Shown: positions 52,118-60,764 of the stretch, one piece after another | Position numbering within the stretch: the stretch's first letter is position 1 | Layout of the letters: each line of letters starts with the position of its first letter | NCBI GenBank assembly: GCA_009839485.1 | Contig: VXPQ01000032.1 | Coordinates: forward strand, 26,982-90,981 | Length of the DNA stretch: 64,000 nt | Reading direction: 5' to 3' | Origin: Bacteroidetes bacterium SB0662_bin_6 | GTDB taxonomy: Bacteria > Bacteroidota > Rhodothermia > Rhodothermales > VXPQ01 | Notes under the pieces: generated by a model | What the model saw: the letters and a program-made list of their open reading frames with translations, nothing else | What the model was told of the DNA's origin: nothing | The model's database searches: none | Position numbers and translations under genes: made by a program

Positions 52118-52633
52118 CTACTCTATTTCGAGAAGGAGATCGTTCTTGCCGACCGCATCGCCGGGCGCTACATGCACTGCTCGAACGGTACCCCCTCTTT
52201 CAAGACGCAATTCGTTTTCCATTTTCATGGCCTCGAGGACCAGGGCGCCGGTTCCCGCCTCGACATGTTGCCCCGGTTCCACGGCCACGGACAGGACCAT
52301 ACCAGGCATAGGCGCATGCACTTTCAGCATGTCGCTTTCAGCTCCCCCGGATAACCCGAAACGTTCAAGCAGCAGCGCCCGTTCGTCTTTCAAAGACACA
52401 TCGAACGTAGAACCGCCGACCCCTATGCGCCGACGATCCCCGGATTCTTCCAGGACCACCGCCACATAACTCTTGCCATCTATCAGCAAGGCCATGCGTT
52501 CTTCGTCAAGGCGTTCGTAGGAAAACGGGACGGTGCGGCCATTACACGTCAACTGATCCGCACGCACGGAAACATCCATAACCCGACCGGCGCATGCTAT
52601 CTGAAAATGTTCTGAGGCCTGTTTTGTCGCCAT
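52118..52633 (-). CDS. Biotin/lipoyl attachment domain protein (BCCP-like)
   Basis: C-terminal LEAMKMENEL biotinylation motif. Confidence 0.8.
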   Translation of the reverse strand: MATKQASEHFQIACAGRVMDVSVRADQLTCNGRTVPFSYERLDEERMALLIDGKSYVAVVLEESGDRRRIGVGGSTFDVSLKDERALLLERFGLSGGAESDMLKVHAPMPGMVLSVAVEPGQHVEAGTGALVLEAMKMENELRLERGGTVRAVHVAPGDAVGKNDLLLEIE

Positions 52634-52672
52634 GGTCCGGATCGGGAGCGCTTTTATGTAATATAATATACT

Positions 52673-52712
52673 CTGATTAAGTCCACTTCGCTCAGTACTT
52701 CACGTTCGCGAG
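52673..52712 (+). repeat. Copy 2 of the ~40 nt intergenic repeat
   Basis: CTGATTAAGTCCACTTCGCTCAGTACTTCACGTTCGCGAG (32/40 to 44881-44920). It ends 11 nt before the ATG at 52724 and follows an AT-rich TATAAT-containing stretch. Confidence 0.6.
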
Positions 52713-52723
52713 GATAGGTCATC

Positions 52724-53002
52724 ATGAATGCTTCCATGGACAGCGCTCCAGGTCACGCACGTACGAAGAAAATGTGGAAGTGGGTGATCCTGATCATAGG
52801 CGCCCTCTTTTTTCTTACCGTCCTGCGCGAAGCCATCGACCCGTACGGTGACCAGCCGTACATAGAGATCACGCATGGAGACCATGTCCACTATGTACCG
52901 CACGATCGGGACCCGAAGGTTTCCATCAGCAAGTTTCCCACGGTTCCACCCGGACCGGATGAAATCATTACGCCGGAAGGACGCATCGTGCCCAAGGAAT
53001 AG
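52724..53002 (+). CDS. Small membrane-anchored protein with a single histidine-triad-like motif (HGDHVHYVPH)
   Basis: One TM segment (WKWVILIIGALFFLTVL), then YIEITHGDHVHYVPHDRD. This resembles the HxxHxH (HGDH[FY]HY[IV]P) Zn-binding motif of streptococcal Pht proteins. Confidence 0.55.
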   Translation: MNASMDSAPGHARTKKMWKWVILIIGALFFLTVLREAIDPYGDQPYIEITHGDHVHYVPHDRDPKVSISKFPTVPPGPDEIITPEGRIVPKE

Positions 53003-53139
53003 CGAGTCCGACGCGGCGAGGCGCTGGCGAACATACGTACGCGCTGCGGGGCGAAGTTTTTGCCTGCGCAGCGCTCGTCCTGATTTACAATCGAGCTGTT
53101 CCCTCGGACGACGACGGGACCGCCGCGCGAAACCGCCCC

Positions 53140-55371
53140 CTACCAGAGCGCTTTGATCAATATTTTAACGTTGCGCCCCTGTTGCGGCATGATGCTCTTT
53201 ACCTTCGAAAGATGGTCCCGGTATTCGGCATTCGTGGCATTCTCCACCCCGATATCGAAGGTGTACAAAATACGACCCAGGGAAAGGTGGTACTGCGCAT
53301 GCGCCCCGAACACGACATACCCATCGGTCGGTTCCTCGAATTCCCCCAGACGATCCTGCCGCCGCGCCGCCTCCGCGGAACCGGACAGCCTGATCTTCCC
53401 GCGGGCGTACGCTGCTTCCAGCCGCCCCCGCAAGGGAGGAATGAAGGACATCGGCTCGTCGTCGTCGATTAGCGTACCCCGGACATACGCGCCCGACCCG
53501 GAAAGCGTGACGGAAGGCGCCGCCCGCAGCGAAAAGGAAGCTTCCGACCCCGTCATGCGGGCCGACGAACCGGTTTGCTGATATTCCGTCAGCAGGGTGC
53601 GCACGTTGAGCCGGCCCGTATTTCTGGGGTAAATGTAGTCCCGGATATGGTTTCGATACGCATTCAGTGATCCGGAAAAACGCGCGCTGCGGTATTCCGC
53701 GAACGCCTCGAAGCCCAACCCCTTTTCGACGCCAAGGTCCGCATTACCTATTTCGAAGGCGTAGGCCGCCAGGTGAGGCCCTGTCGAAAAAAGTTCTTCG
53801 ATCCCCGGCATGCGAATGGAGCGCACGCCACCCAGGCCCGCAGAGAAACGGTCGCCGAATCGACGCAAGACCCGCAAAGAACCGGAAACGCCCCCGGTCG
53901 TTCGGTTCCGAATCAGTCCGGCGCGCGTTACCTCGCCCACAGCGAAACGCCCGCTGGTGCGGGGACGCACGGCGCGTATATCGTACCGAAGCGCCCCCTG
54001 AAGCGACAGGTTCCTCAGATTGATATCCTGATACCGGAACGCCGCGGCCGTCCATTCCCGGGAGTTCGGCGTGAACGTAAATCCGCCGGAAGCAAAATCC
54101 CGGTGTCCGGCCCAGATACTCGTCAGACTGTTGCTTCTGCGGCCATGGACGCGGGAAAGAATCCGGCCGTAATACGACAGGAGTCCGAACTCGATGCCCA
54201 GCGTCCCGCTTGCTTCGTACTCCTGATGAAAATACCTCGAAAGCGACGCCTCGAATTCCAGATGCGGGAACCGGGGAATCGCGTCCAGCAACATGCCCTT
54301 CGCTTTCAGATAGCGGCGGGATAATTCAATGTCCACGCCCTTCGGGTGCGCCCCGACGAATCCGCCCGGTATGCCGTACCGGGAGGCGTAATAACTGCCC
54401 GAAGCGCCTGCATATCCCCACGAGCCGATGCGGCTCGCGCCGAAAGAACCGTTTCCGGTCCTCAAGTCGGTGTTGGCCAGGACGCCGACCGGCGTGGATA
54501 CGTCCCCCGCATTGCGCATGCTGCCGTCGGCGCGCCATGCAAAAGCGCCCGCGGGCGCTTCGACGCTGAACCCGCCCGAAATCCCGTCATTGGCGGATTG
54601 CCCTTGCAGCACGGCCGTGGCATGCGTCTCCGGCGGCCTGGTCGCGGGCACATATCCGCGGACCGCGTTTATCATGCCGCCCAGCGCATTCGGCCCGTAC
54701 AGCAGCGCTGCCGGACCACGCACCACCTCAATCCGTTCCGTCATTAGCGGATCTACCGCGACCGCGTGATCGGCGGACGTAGCGGACAGGTCTCCGGTGC
54801 GCCCGCCATCCTCCAGGACCAGTAGCCGCTCGCCGCCCAAACCGCGCAACACCGGGCGGGCGGGAGCGGGCCCCATGGATCGCATGGAAATGCCGGGTTC
54901 GTTGTCGAGCGTTTCGGCGATCGTCGTTCCGAGATGCTGCCGAAGCCGCTTGCCCTCCATATCCATATCGGCCTCGCGGAGCGCGACGGACTCGCGTTGC
55001 CCGTCCACGAAGACTTCCCCCAATTCAATCGGAGAAGCCGACATGCGCAGCACGACGCGAGACGTATCCGAGGCGCCGCCCACCGCAATCTGGCTCGTCA
55101 GCGACTCATAGCCTATGCGCCAGGCGGTAAGCGTGTAGACCCCCGGCTCCAGAAACCGCATCTCGAAACGGCCTTGCCGATCCGTTCTGGAACTGCGGTT
55201 GGCGTCTTCCGCCAGCACCTGGGCATGGCGCACGGGTTCTCCGGTTTCCGCATCCTCTACGGAGCCCGAGATCACCGCCGTATGCTGGGCTTGCAGCGTC
55301 CCGGCGACCGCCATCGCGCAACACGCTGCAAGCCCGGCCCGGCAAAGAAACGAAACATTGCAACAACGCAT
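53140..55371 (-). CDS. TonB-dependent receptor with N-terminal CarboxypepD_reg-like domain
   Basis: Signal peptide. ISGSVEDAETGEPV...GVYTLTAWRIGY (CarboxypepD_reg-like), a plug domain, and a 22-strand barrel pattern ending ...NVKILIKALW. Confidence 0.9.
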   Translation of the reverse strand: MRCCNVSFLCRAGLAACCAMAVAGTLQAQHTAVISGSVEDAETGEPVRHAQVLAEDANRSSRTDRQGRFEMRFLEPGVYTLTAWRIGYESLTSQIAVGGASDTSRVVLRMSASPIELGEVFVDGQRESVALREADMDMEGKRLRQHLGTTIAETLDNEPGISMRSMGPAPARPVLRGLGGERLLVLEDGGRTGDLSATSADHAVAVDPLMTERIEVVRGPAALLYGPNALGGMINAVRGYVPATRPPETHATAVLQGQSANDGISGGFSVEAPAGAFAWRADGSMRNAGDVSTPVGVLANTDLRTGNGSFGASRIGSWGYAGASGSYYASRYGIPGGFVGAHPKGVDIELSRRYLKAKGMLLDAIPRFPHLEFEASLSRYFHQEYEASGTLGIEFGLLSYYGRILSRVHGRRSNSLTSIWAGHRDFASGGFTFTPNSREWTAAAFRYQDINLRNLSLQGALRYDIRAVRPRTSGRFAVGEVTRAGLIRNRTTGGVSGSLRVLRRFGDRFSAGLGGVRSIRMPGIEELFSTGPHLAAYAFEIGNADLGVEKGLGFEAFAEYRSARFSGSLNAYRNHIRDYIYPRNTGRLNVRTLLTEYQQTGSSARMTGSEASFSLRAAPSVTLSGSGAYVRGTLIDDDEPMSFIPPLRGRLEAAYARGKIRLSGSAEAARRQDRLGEFEEPTDGYVVFGAHAQYHLSLGRILYTFDIGVENATNAEYRDHLSKVKSIMPQQGRNVKILIKALW

Positions 55372-55380
55372 GGCTCCGGG

Positions 55381-55845
55381 CTATTCTACTGTAACGGGAA
55401 TATCGGGGGTCGTGAAATCTGAATGCCCTTCGTGCAAAAGCATCACCCGTATCGCGGTGTCCCCCGCCTCGTCTCCTCCATGCAGCGCAAAGCTCCACCG
55501 ACCTTCCTCATGGACATCAACGAGGGCGGCTCCCTGCACCACGACGCCAAGGGAAAATTCATCGTCCAGTTCGTCGGCGTGCACTTCCTCGCCGTCGTGG
55601 CCCTCAAACTCCACGGTGATCTCGTCGGTTTCGTCGTCTACCGGGACGGTCAGCGACCCCTCGACCTCGCCCTCATGGACATGAACGACTTCTTCGCCGC
55701 CAATAAAAAGCAAAAGGCCTTCTACTTCGGCGTGCTCGTCATGATCATGGTCGTCCTCGGCGGGATTGTCGCAGGCGGCCAGCCCGCCCGCAAAAACGAA
55801 TATGAATACAATCACGGCTATGCCGCGCAATCGGGTTGAAAACAT
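55381..55845 (-). CDS. His/Asp/Glu-rich lipoprotein (putative metal-binding)
   Basis: Lipobox GGLAAC, then DDHDHDEHAE, VHVHEGE, EGHDGEEVH and LLHEGH. It sits 9 nt upstream of the TonB receptor start. Start moved to 55845. Confidence 0.6.
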   Translation of the reverse strand: MFSTRLRGIAVIVFIFVFAGGLAACDNPAEDDHDHDEHAEVEGLLLFIGGEEVVHVHEGEVEGSLTVPVDDETDEITVEFEGHDGEEVHADELDDEFSLGVVVQGAALVDVHEEGRWSFALHGGDEAGDTAIRVMLLHEGHSDFTTPDIPVTVE

Positions 55846-56194
55846 GGTTTTCCTCTGTTTTTGGGTTTTGGGGTGTGTTTTGCTAAATGCGCCGCCGAAA
55901 CAGCGCACGGTATCGAGTCCAGGGAGACGCTGATTACATCCGTGCGAACCAGCGTCTTAACGGGGAGAGGGGGATGCGCAGACAAGAAATGGCGACGCAG
56001 CGCGGCGGCTCCGCGCAATGAGAAAGGCCGCCGGCAGACGCGCTCCTTGCCGCCTCTCCCGTGCTGCCTCTTAAAGAGCGCTTGGCGCCTGCGAAGCCGT
56101 CGTGTTTACCGCTGATTTCAGCGATGGAGACAGGACAGCTTGCATGCGCGAACGCAAGGCGCAGATCGACGCGGATTGGATCGGCGTATCCTTA

Positions 56195-56572
56195 CTACGC
56201 CGCCGGAGGCGCGCGTATCGAGCGGTGGGAAAGGCTGCGGGCGAAGCGAACGAACCGGAGCGTCTGCCCGGTCACATGCACAGGAAGCGCCGGGGCCTGG
56301 ATTTGCTCGATAACCGAGGCAGCCAGCGAACGAAGCGCGCACAGATCGCACTCAAAATGATCCGAAGGCGCTTGTTCTTCCGAAAGAAAATCTTCCGATG
56401 CGCCGTGCGGGCACGGCAATTCGCTGCCCGCCTCCTCGGCAGGGTCCTGCGCATGCTCCAGCGAGCGGATATGCGACACGTCGTGCCCGAAAGGGGCCGC
56501 CACCATCCCGCAGAACAGCACGGCAAGCAGGAAAACCCCTGAGCGTTCGATATGTGCGCGCTTCGAAAGCAT
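56195..56572 (-). CDS. Small single-TM protein with His/Cys motifs (hypothetical)
   Basis: TM segment GVFLLAVLFCGMVAA, then FGHDVSH, CPHG and HFECDLC. The overlapping plus-strand ORF is Arg-rich and looks antisense-like. Family not recognised with confidence. Confidence 0.4.
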   Translation of the reverse strand: MLSKRAHIERSGVFLLAVLFCGMVAAPFGHDVSHIRSLEHAQDPAEEAGSELPCPHGASEDFLSEEQAPSDHFECDLCALRSLAASVIEQIQAPALPVHVTGQTLRFVRFARSLSHRSIRAPPAA

Positions 56573-56749
56573 CTATTTCGGATTTCGCAGGGGCAAGGGA
56601 AGGCGAAGGGACGGTCTCAGGGGCAAACTACAGGCGCTCCGACGATGCGCCCTGCCACACTACGCAGTAGAGGAGTACTGCAAGGGGATTGCAAAGATCC
56701 TGAAAAAGCAACGTCCGGCAAATATATTCCCCATATCCTCATCCTTCGC

Positions 56750-57313
56750 TCATTTGGTCCCCGCATACAGAGGATAATCGGCCTCGGCCTTGCCGCTGGC
56801 GACATCCCGAAGCTTACGACGAAGAAGACGCCTGCGAAATGCGCTTATGCGATCCACAAAGAAGATGCCCTCAAGATGATCCACCTCATGCTGAATCACA
56901 CGCGCCGGCAACTCCCCCACCTCCAGTTCCTGCGGCTGGAAATGGCGATCCAGATACGTCAGCCGGATTCGCTCAGAGCGCTTGACCGCCTCGGTTATAT
57001 CCGGAATGGACAAGCACCCCTCCTCAAATTCGCCTTCTTCTTCACTCTCCCAGATAATCTCGGGATTGATGAATGCCATCGGCTGTGACGCCTCCTCCGG
57101 CACAGGCTCAAACTGTATTTCCGCTGCCAGATCAGCCACGAAGATGCGCTCTGTGCGGCCCACCTGAGGAGCAGCCAGACCAATGCCCGATGCGCCCCGC
57201 ATGGTCTCGATCATATCGTCGATAAGTTGCTGGACACTGGCACTGTCCCCGGCGACATCTTCAGCGCCGTTCCTGAGCACGGGATCGCCATATAAACGAA
57301 TAGGAAGAATCAT
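56750..57313 (-). CDS. def: Peptide deformylase
   Basis: GIGLAAPQVG, EGCLS and HEVDHLEG motifs. Start moved to 57313 (MILPIRLYGDPVL). Confidence 0.95.
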   Translation of the reverse strand: MILPIRLYGDPVLRNGAEDVAGDSASVQQLIDDMIETMRGASGIGLAAPQVGRTERIFVADLAAEIQFEPVPEEASQPMAFINPEIIWESEEEGEFEEGCLSIPDITEAVKRSERIRLTYLDRHFQPQELEVGELPARVIQHEVDHLEGIFFVDRISAFRRRLLRRKLRDVASGKAEADYPLYAGTK

Positions 57314-57323
57314 AAGAACCGGA

Positions 57324-57758
57324 TCAGGATGTTTGCTCCTGTGTCTCGTCAATATAATCCTGAAGAATGACTGCGGCAGCGGCGGCATCTATTCTTTCCT
57401 TCCGCCGGCGGGCTTTCTTCCGAACGCCCGATCGGACCAGCAAATTCCTTGCCCGGACCGAGGAATACCGTTCATCCTGCATAACGACTTTCTTGCCGGG
57501 AAACCGCCTGGAAAGAAGGCGAATGAAAGGCTGTACAACATCCGTAGCCGGTCCCTCCTCTCCCGACAGGGTCAAAGGCCACCCCACAACGATCGTGTCA
57601 AATCCGGGATCGGTATTCAGGGACGCAAGCTGCCGTATTGCCTCGTCACTGGAGTACGCCCCAAGGGATTGCGCATACAGCCGAAGCGGGTCGGACATGG
57701 CCAGGCCGATTCGCTGCGTGCCGTAGTCGATACCGATGATGCGAGGCAATGCGTCCAT
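57324..57758 (-). CDS. ruvX: Holliday-junction resolvase-like RuvX/YqgF
   Basis: IIGIDYGTQRIGLAMSD N-terminus and DERYSS motif. Start moved to 57758. Confidence 0.9.
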   Translation of the reverse strand: MDALPRIIGIDYGTQRIGLAMSDPLRLYAQSLGAYSSDEAIRQLASLNTDPGFDTIVVGWPLTLSGEEGPATDVVQPFIRLLSRRFPGKKVVMQDERYSSVRARNLLVRSGVRKKARRRKERIDAAAAAVILQDYIDETQEQTS

Positions 57759-57771
57759 ACAATCTGATAGC

Positions 57772-58164
57772 CTACGATGCTTCGGCAGCATCAGGGGTTT
57801 GCATGGAATCGCCGGCTATATGCTCATCCGGAATCCGATGCGTCGATTCAGGCAAGGGCTCCTGCAAAACCTTCTTTAGCCGCTTGCCCGGTCTGAAATG
57901 TGTCTTGCGCCGGCCGGGTACAAAGATCGTCTCGTTCGTTCTCGGGTTGCGGGCCTTTGGCCTGGCTTTGGTCTTTTTGACCTCGAATACGCCAAAATCG
58001 CGCAACTCGATGCGCACCTCCGGATCGGCATCGATCATGATATCACGGATGGCATGGATAACCGCTCGAACCCAGGGTTCCACCTTGTAAACCGGCTCAC
58101 CCATGGATTCTGCAACCCGACGAGCCACATCTTTCCGGGTCTGCGTACCGGATGCATCGGACAT
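57772..58164 (-). CDS. HU/IHF-family DNA-binding protein with C-terminal extension
   Basis: RIELRDFGVFEVKKTKARPKARNPRTNETIFVPGRRKTHFRPGKRL is the beta-arm region of the HU/IHF family. Confidence 0.85.
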   Translation of the reverse strand: MSDASGTQTRKDVARRVAESMGEPVYKVEPWVRAVIHAIRDIMIDADPEVRIELRDFGVFEVKKTKARPKARNPRTNETIFVPGRRKTHFRPGKRLKKVLQEPLPESTHRIPDEHIAGDSMQTPDAAEAS

Positions 58165-58278
58165 GGTGTTAGTCCCTCCTATAACCCTTTGGGATAAATG
58201 AACTTATCGAAAAAAAACGAGCAATAGTTTACGGAAAAAAGAAGACGACTTACAAGCTTCACAGGCAAAAAAGCCCCA

Positions 58279-60522
58279 TCACTCCTCAAACCGGTACACT
58301 CCGTGAATCCCGTCGATGCGCTTCAGTCGCTCAATAAGGCGGCGAAGATGCGACAAATCCGTCACCGAGCACACGATCGTGCCCTCAAAAACGCCATCCT
58401 CGGAATCCACCGTGATGGAACGAATATTTGTTTTCAGGTTTTTGGAAATAACGGTCGTAATATCGCTTACCATCCCCACGCGATCCTCTCCCATCACGCG
58501 CAGGCCGGACAGGAATTGCACGTCTTTCTGCCTGCTCCATTCCACCGATACAATACGGTCAGGATGGTTTACGAGCAGGCTGGGAGCATTCCGGCAATTA
58601 ATGCGATGAATCTTTATACCGTCGCTGCGGCTTATGTAGCCGAACACATCGTCGCCGGGGATCGGATTGCAGCAAGGGGCATACCGCGTAACGATGTCGG
58701 TATGTAATTCACCGTCGATTTCGAGCGCCGGACGGGCCGCCACCTGAGCCGAATCCAGAAAATTTTCGTACCGTAACCGAAGGCCTTCCTCCTCGGCAAC
58801 TTCTTCTTCCTCTTCCTTTCGCCCACGGGACTCGTTCCTGATGAACTCCACAAAGTCCTTCGGATCGAAAAGTCCCGTCCCGATCTCATAGAACATTTGC
58901 TGGGCGTTCGGAAACTTGAGTCGGTTAGCTGCTCTGCGCAACTTTTGTTCTTCCACATTCAGACCGGCTTTATCCAGCTTTTTCTCGAGCATTTCCCGGC
59001 CCAGATCCATGCTGCGGCGGCGCTTTTCATTGATTGAATGCCGAATTCTGCTGCGCGCCTTGTGCGTAACGACAAACTTCATCCAGTCGGGATTCGGCGT
59101 TTGCTTCTTCGATGAAATGATCTCCACCTGATCGCCACTCTGAAGTTTATACGAAAGCGGCACCATCCTGCCGTTCACTTTCGCACCGATGCAATGCATG
59201 CCTATTTCCGTATGGACCTGAAATGCAAAATCGACAGGGGTTGCATTACGAGGCAGTGTCATCAAATCCCCTTTGGGGGTGAAGATATATATTTCTTCGT
59301 CGTACAGATTGAGTCGAAACTCCTTGACAAACTCCGTGGCATGTTCGGGATTGGGGTTTTCAAGAATATCCCGCACCCACGCAAGGAATTGCTCCATTCC
59401 CCGGTCCTTATCACTCACGGCCTCCTTGTACTTCCAGTGCGCCGCCACGCCGCGCTCGGCGATGGCATGCATTTCCTCCGTGCGGATCTGTACTTCCACC
59501 CGGCGCCCTGTTGGACCAAGAACCGTCGTGTGGAGACTCTGGTAGCCGTTGGACTTGGGCACCGAAATAAAATCCCGGAAGCGCTCCGGCAACGGTTTGT
59601 ATAAATCCGTAATGATCGAATACACTCTCCAGCAATCTTCTTTTCCTTTTTTTCCGGTGCTTTTCAGGACAATACGAATGGCAAGCAGGTCGTAAATCTC
59701 TTCGATCGGCTTATCCGTCCGCTTCATCTTCCGCCAGATCGAATAGAGATTCTTCGACCGGCCGGCCATCTCGAAATCGAAGCCGTCACTCTCGAGGCGC
59801 TCCCGCAACGGCTCGATAAAACGGCGCACATAGCCGTCCCGCTCAACTTTGGACGCCTGCAAACTTCGCACAATATCGCGGTATTCTTCCGGGTGGAGGA
59901 TTTTCAGGGAAATATCTTCCAACTCGGCCTTGATGACGTGCAACCCGAAACGATGGGCAAGCGGCGCAAAGAGATCCAGGGTCTCACTCGCAATCTTGAG
60001 TTGCTTTTGTTTTTGAAGCGACTCGATGGTGCGCAGATTGTGCAAACGATCTGCAAACTTTATGAGAATGACGCGAATGTCCGTCGCCATGGAAAGCATG
60101 AGCTTCCGGACATTTTCCGCCTGACCCAGTTCGCGATTCCAGGAAACCCCCCGGATCTTGGTCAATCCGTCGACGATGTTCGACACCGTGTCGCCGAATT
60201 CTTCTCGTATGAGGTCCAGGGAAAACTCAGTGTCTTCCACGGTATCGTGCAATAGGGCCGAGACGACACTTATGTCATCAAAGCCGATATCCCTTGCCAC
60301 GATCACCGCCACCTCGATCGGGTGCGTGATGAATCGTTCCCCCGAGGCTCGCCGATCGTTGCGATGCGCCCAGTAACCCAGCATGAAGGCGCGGCGAATC
60401 ATATCCTCATCCACCGACCACAGAGATTGCCGGCACGCATCGAGCAATTCGTCGAGCCCGGCCTCGAATTCCGGTTCGACCTGCAAATCGGTATTGCTCA
60501 GGATGGAAGAAGCTCGCAACAT
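58279..60522 (-). CDS. Bifunctional (p)ppGpp synthetase/hydrolase (RelA/SpoT homologue)
   Basis: HD domain (HPIEVA...LHDTVEDT), a synthetase domain (RSKNLYSIWRKM...DLLAIRIV...YQSLHTTV), and TGS and ACT domains. Confidence 0.95.
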   Translation of the reverse strand: MLRASSILSNTDLQVEPEFEAGLDELLDACRQSLWSVDEDMIRRAFMLGYWAHRNDRRASGERFITHPIEVAVIVARDIGFDDISVVSALLHDTVEDTEFSLDLIREEFGDTVSNIVDGLTKIRGVSWNRELGQAENVRKLMLSMATDIRVILIKFADRLHNLRTIESLQKQKQLKIASETLDLFAPLAHRFGLHVIKAELEDISLKILHPEEYRDIVRSLQASKVERDGYVRRFIEPLRERLESDGFDFEMAGRSKNLYSIWRKMKRTDKPIEEIYDLLAIRIVLKSTGKKGKEDCWRVYSIITDLYKPLPERFRDFISVPKSNGYQSLHTTVLGPTGRRVEVQIRTEEMHAIAERGVAAHWKYKEAVSDKDRGMEQFLAWVRDILENPNPEHATEFVKEFRLNLYDEEIYIFTPKGDLMTLPRNATPVDFAFQVHTEIGMHCIGAKVNGRMVPLSYKLQSGDQVEIISSKKQTPNPDWMKFVVTHKARSRIRHSINEKRRRSMDLGREMLEKKLDKAGLNVEEQKLRRAANRLKFPNAQQMFYEIGTGLFDPKDFVEFIRNESRGRKEEEEEVAEEEGLRLRYENFLDSAQVAARPALEIDGELHTDIVTRYAPCCNPIPGDDVFGYISRSDGIKIHRINCRNAPSLLVNHPDRIVSVEWSRQKDVQFLSGLRVMGEDRVGMVSDITTVISKNLKTNIRSITVDSEDGVFEGTIVCSVTDLSHLRRLIERLKRIDGIHGVYRFEE

Positions 60523-60764
60523 GGAATGGTGGGCTAAACCATCGGGATAGCGTGCGACTATATACGACAGTCGTAAATAACAACCTCTAAAAGATTAAAT
60601 CTCGCTCCCTGCGCGCGGTTTCCCCACAGCGCTTTCGAGACAAAGACCGTTACTCGGGACGTACCTGCTTCTGCGCGAATAATACCCCGTGCAGGAAACG
60701 GAAAGATGTTATGAAACGATCAGGTTGCGGCGATGTGTAAACCGCCCGTCATCCCCTGATCCTT

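Noticed and set aside
55846-56194. ~350 nt GC-rich gap between the His/Cys membrane protein and the His-rich lipoprotein, considered as a metal riboswitch. It contains a GGGGAGAGG stretch reminiscent of yybP-ykoY.
   Set aside because: The GGGGAG-like element is on the plus strand while both flanking genes are on the minus strand. The many short GC hairpins are expected by chance at this GC content. No known riboswitch core was recognisable. The region remains unexplained, but I cannot support a call.
56664-56681. Inverted repeat GCAGTA-N6-TACTGC upstream of the 56195-56572 gene, considered as a possible metalloregulator operator.
   Set aside because: The arms are only 6 bp, there is a single occurrence, and it does not resemble Zur, Fur or CsoR boxes that I know. 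Chance cannot be excluded.
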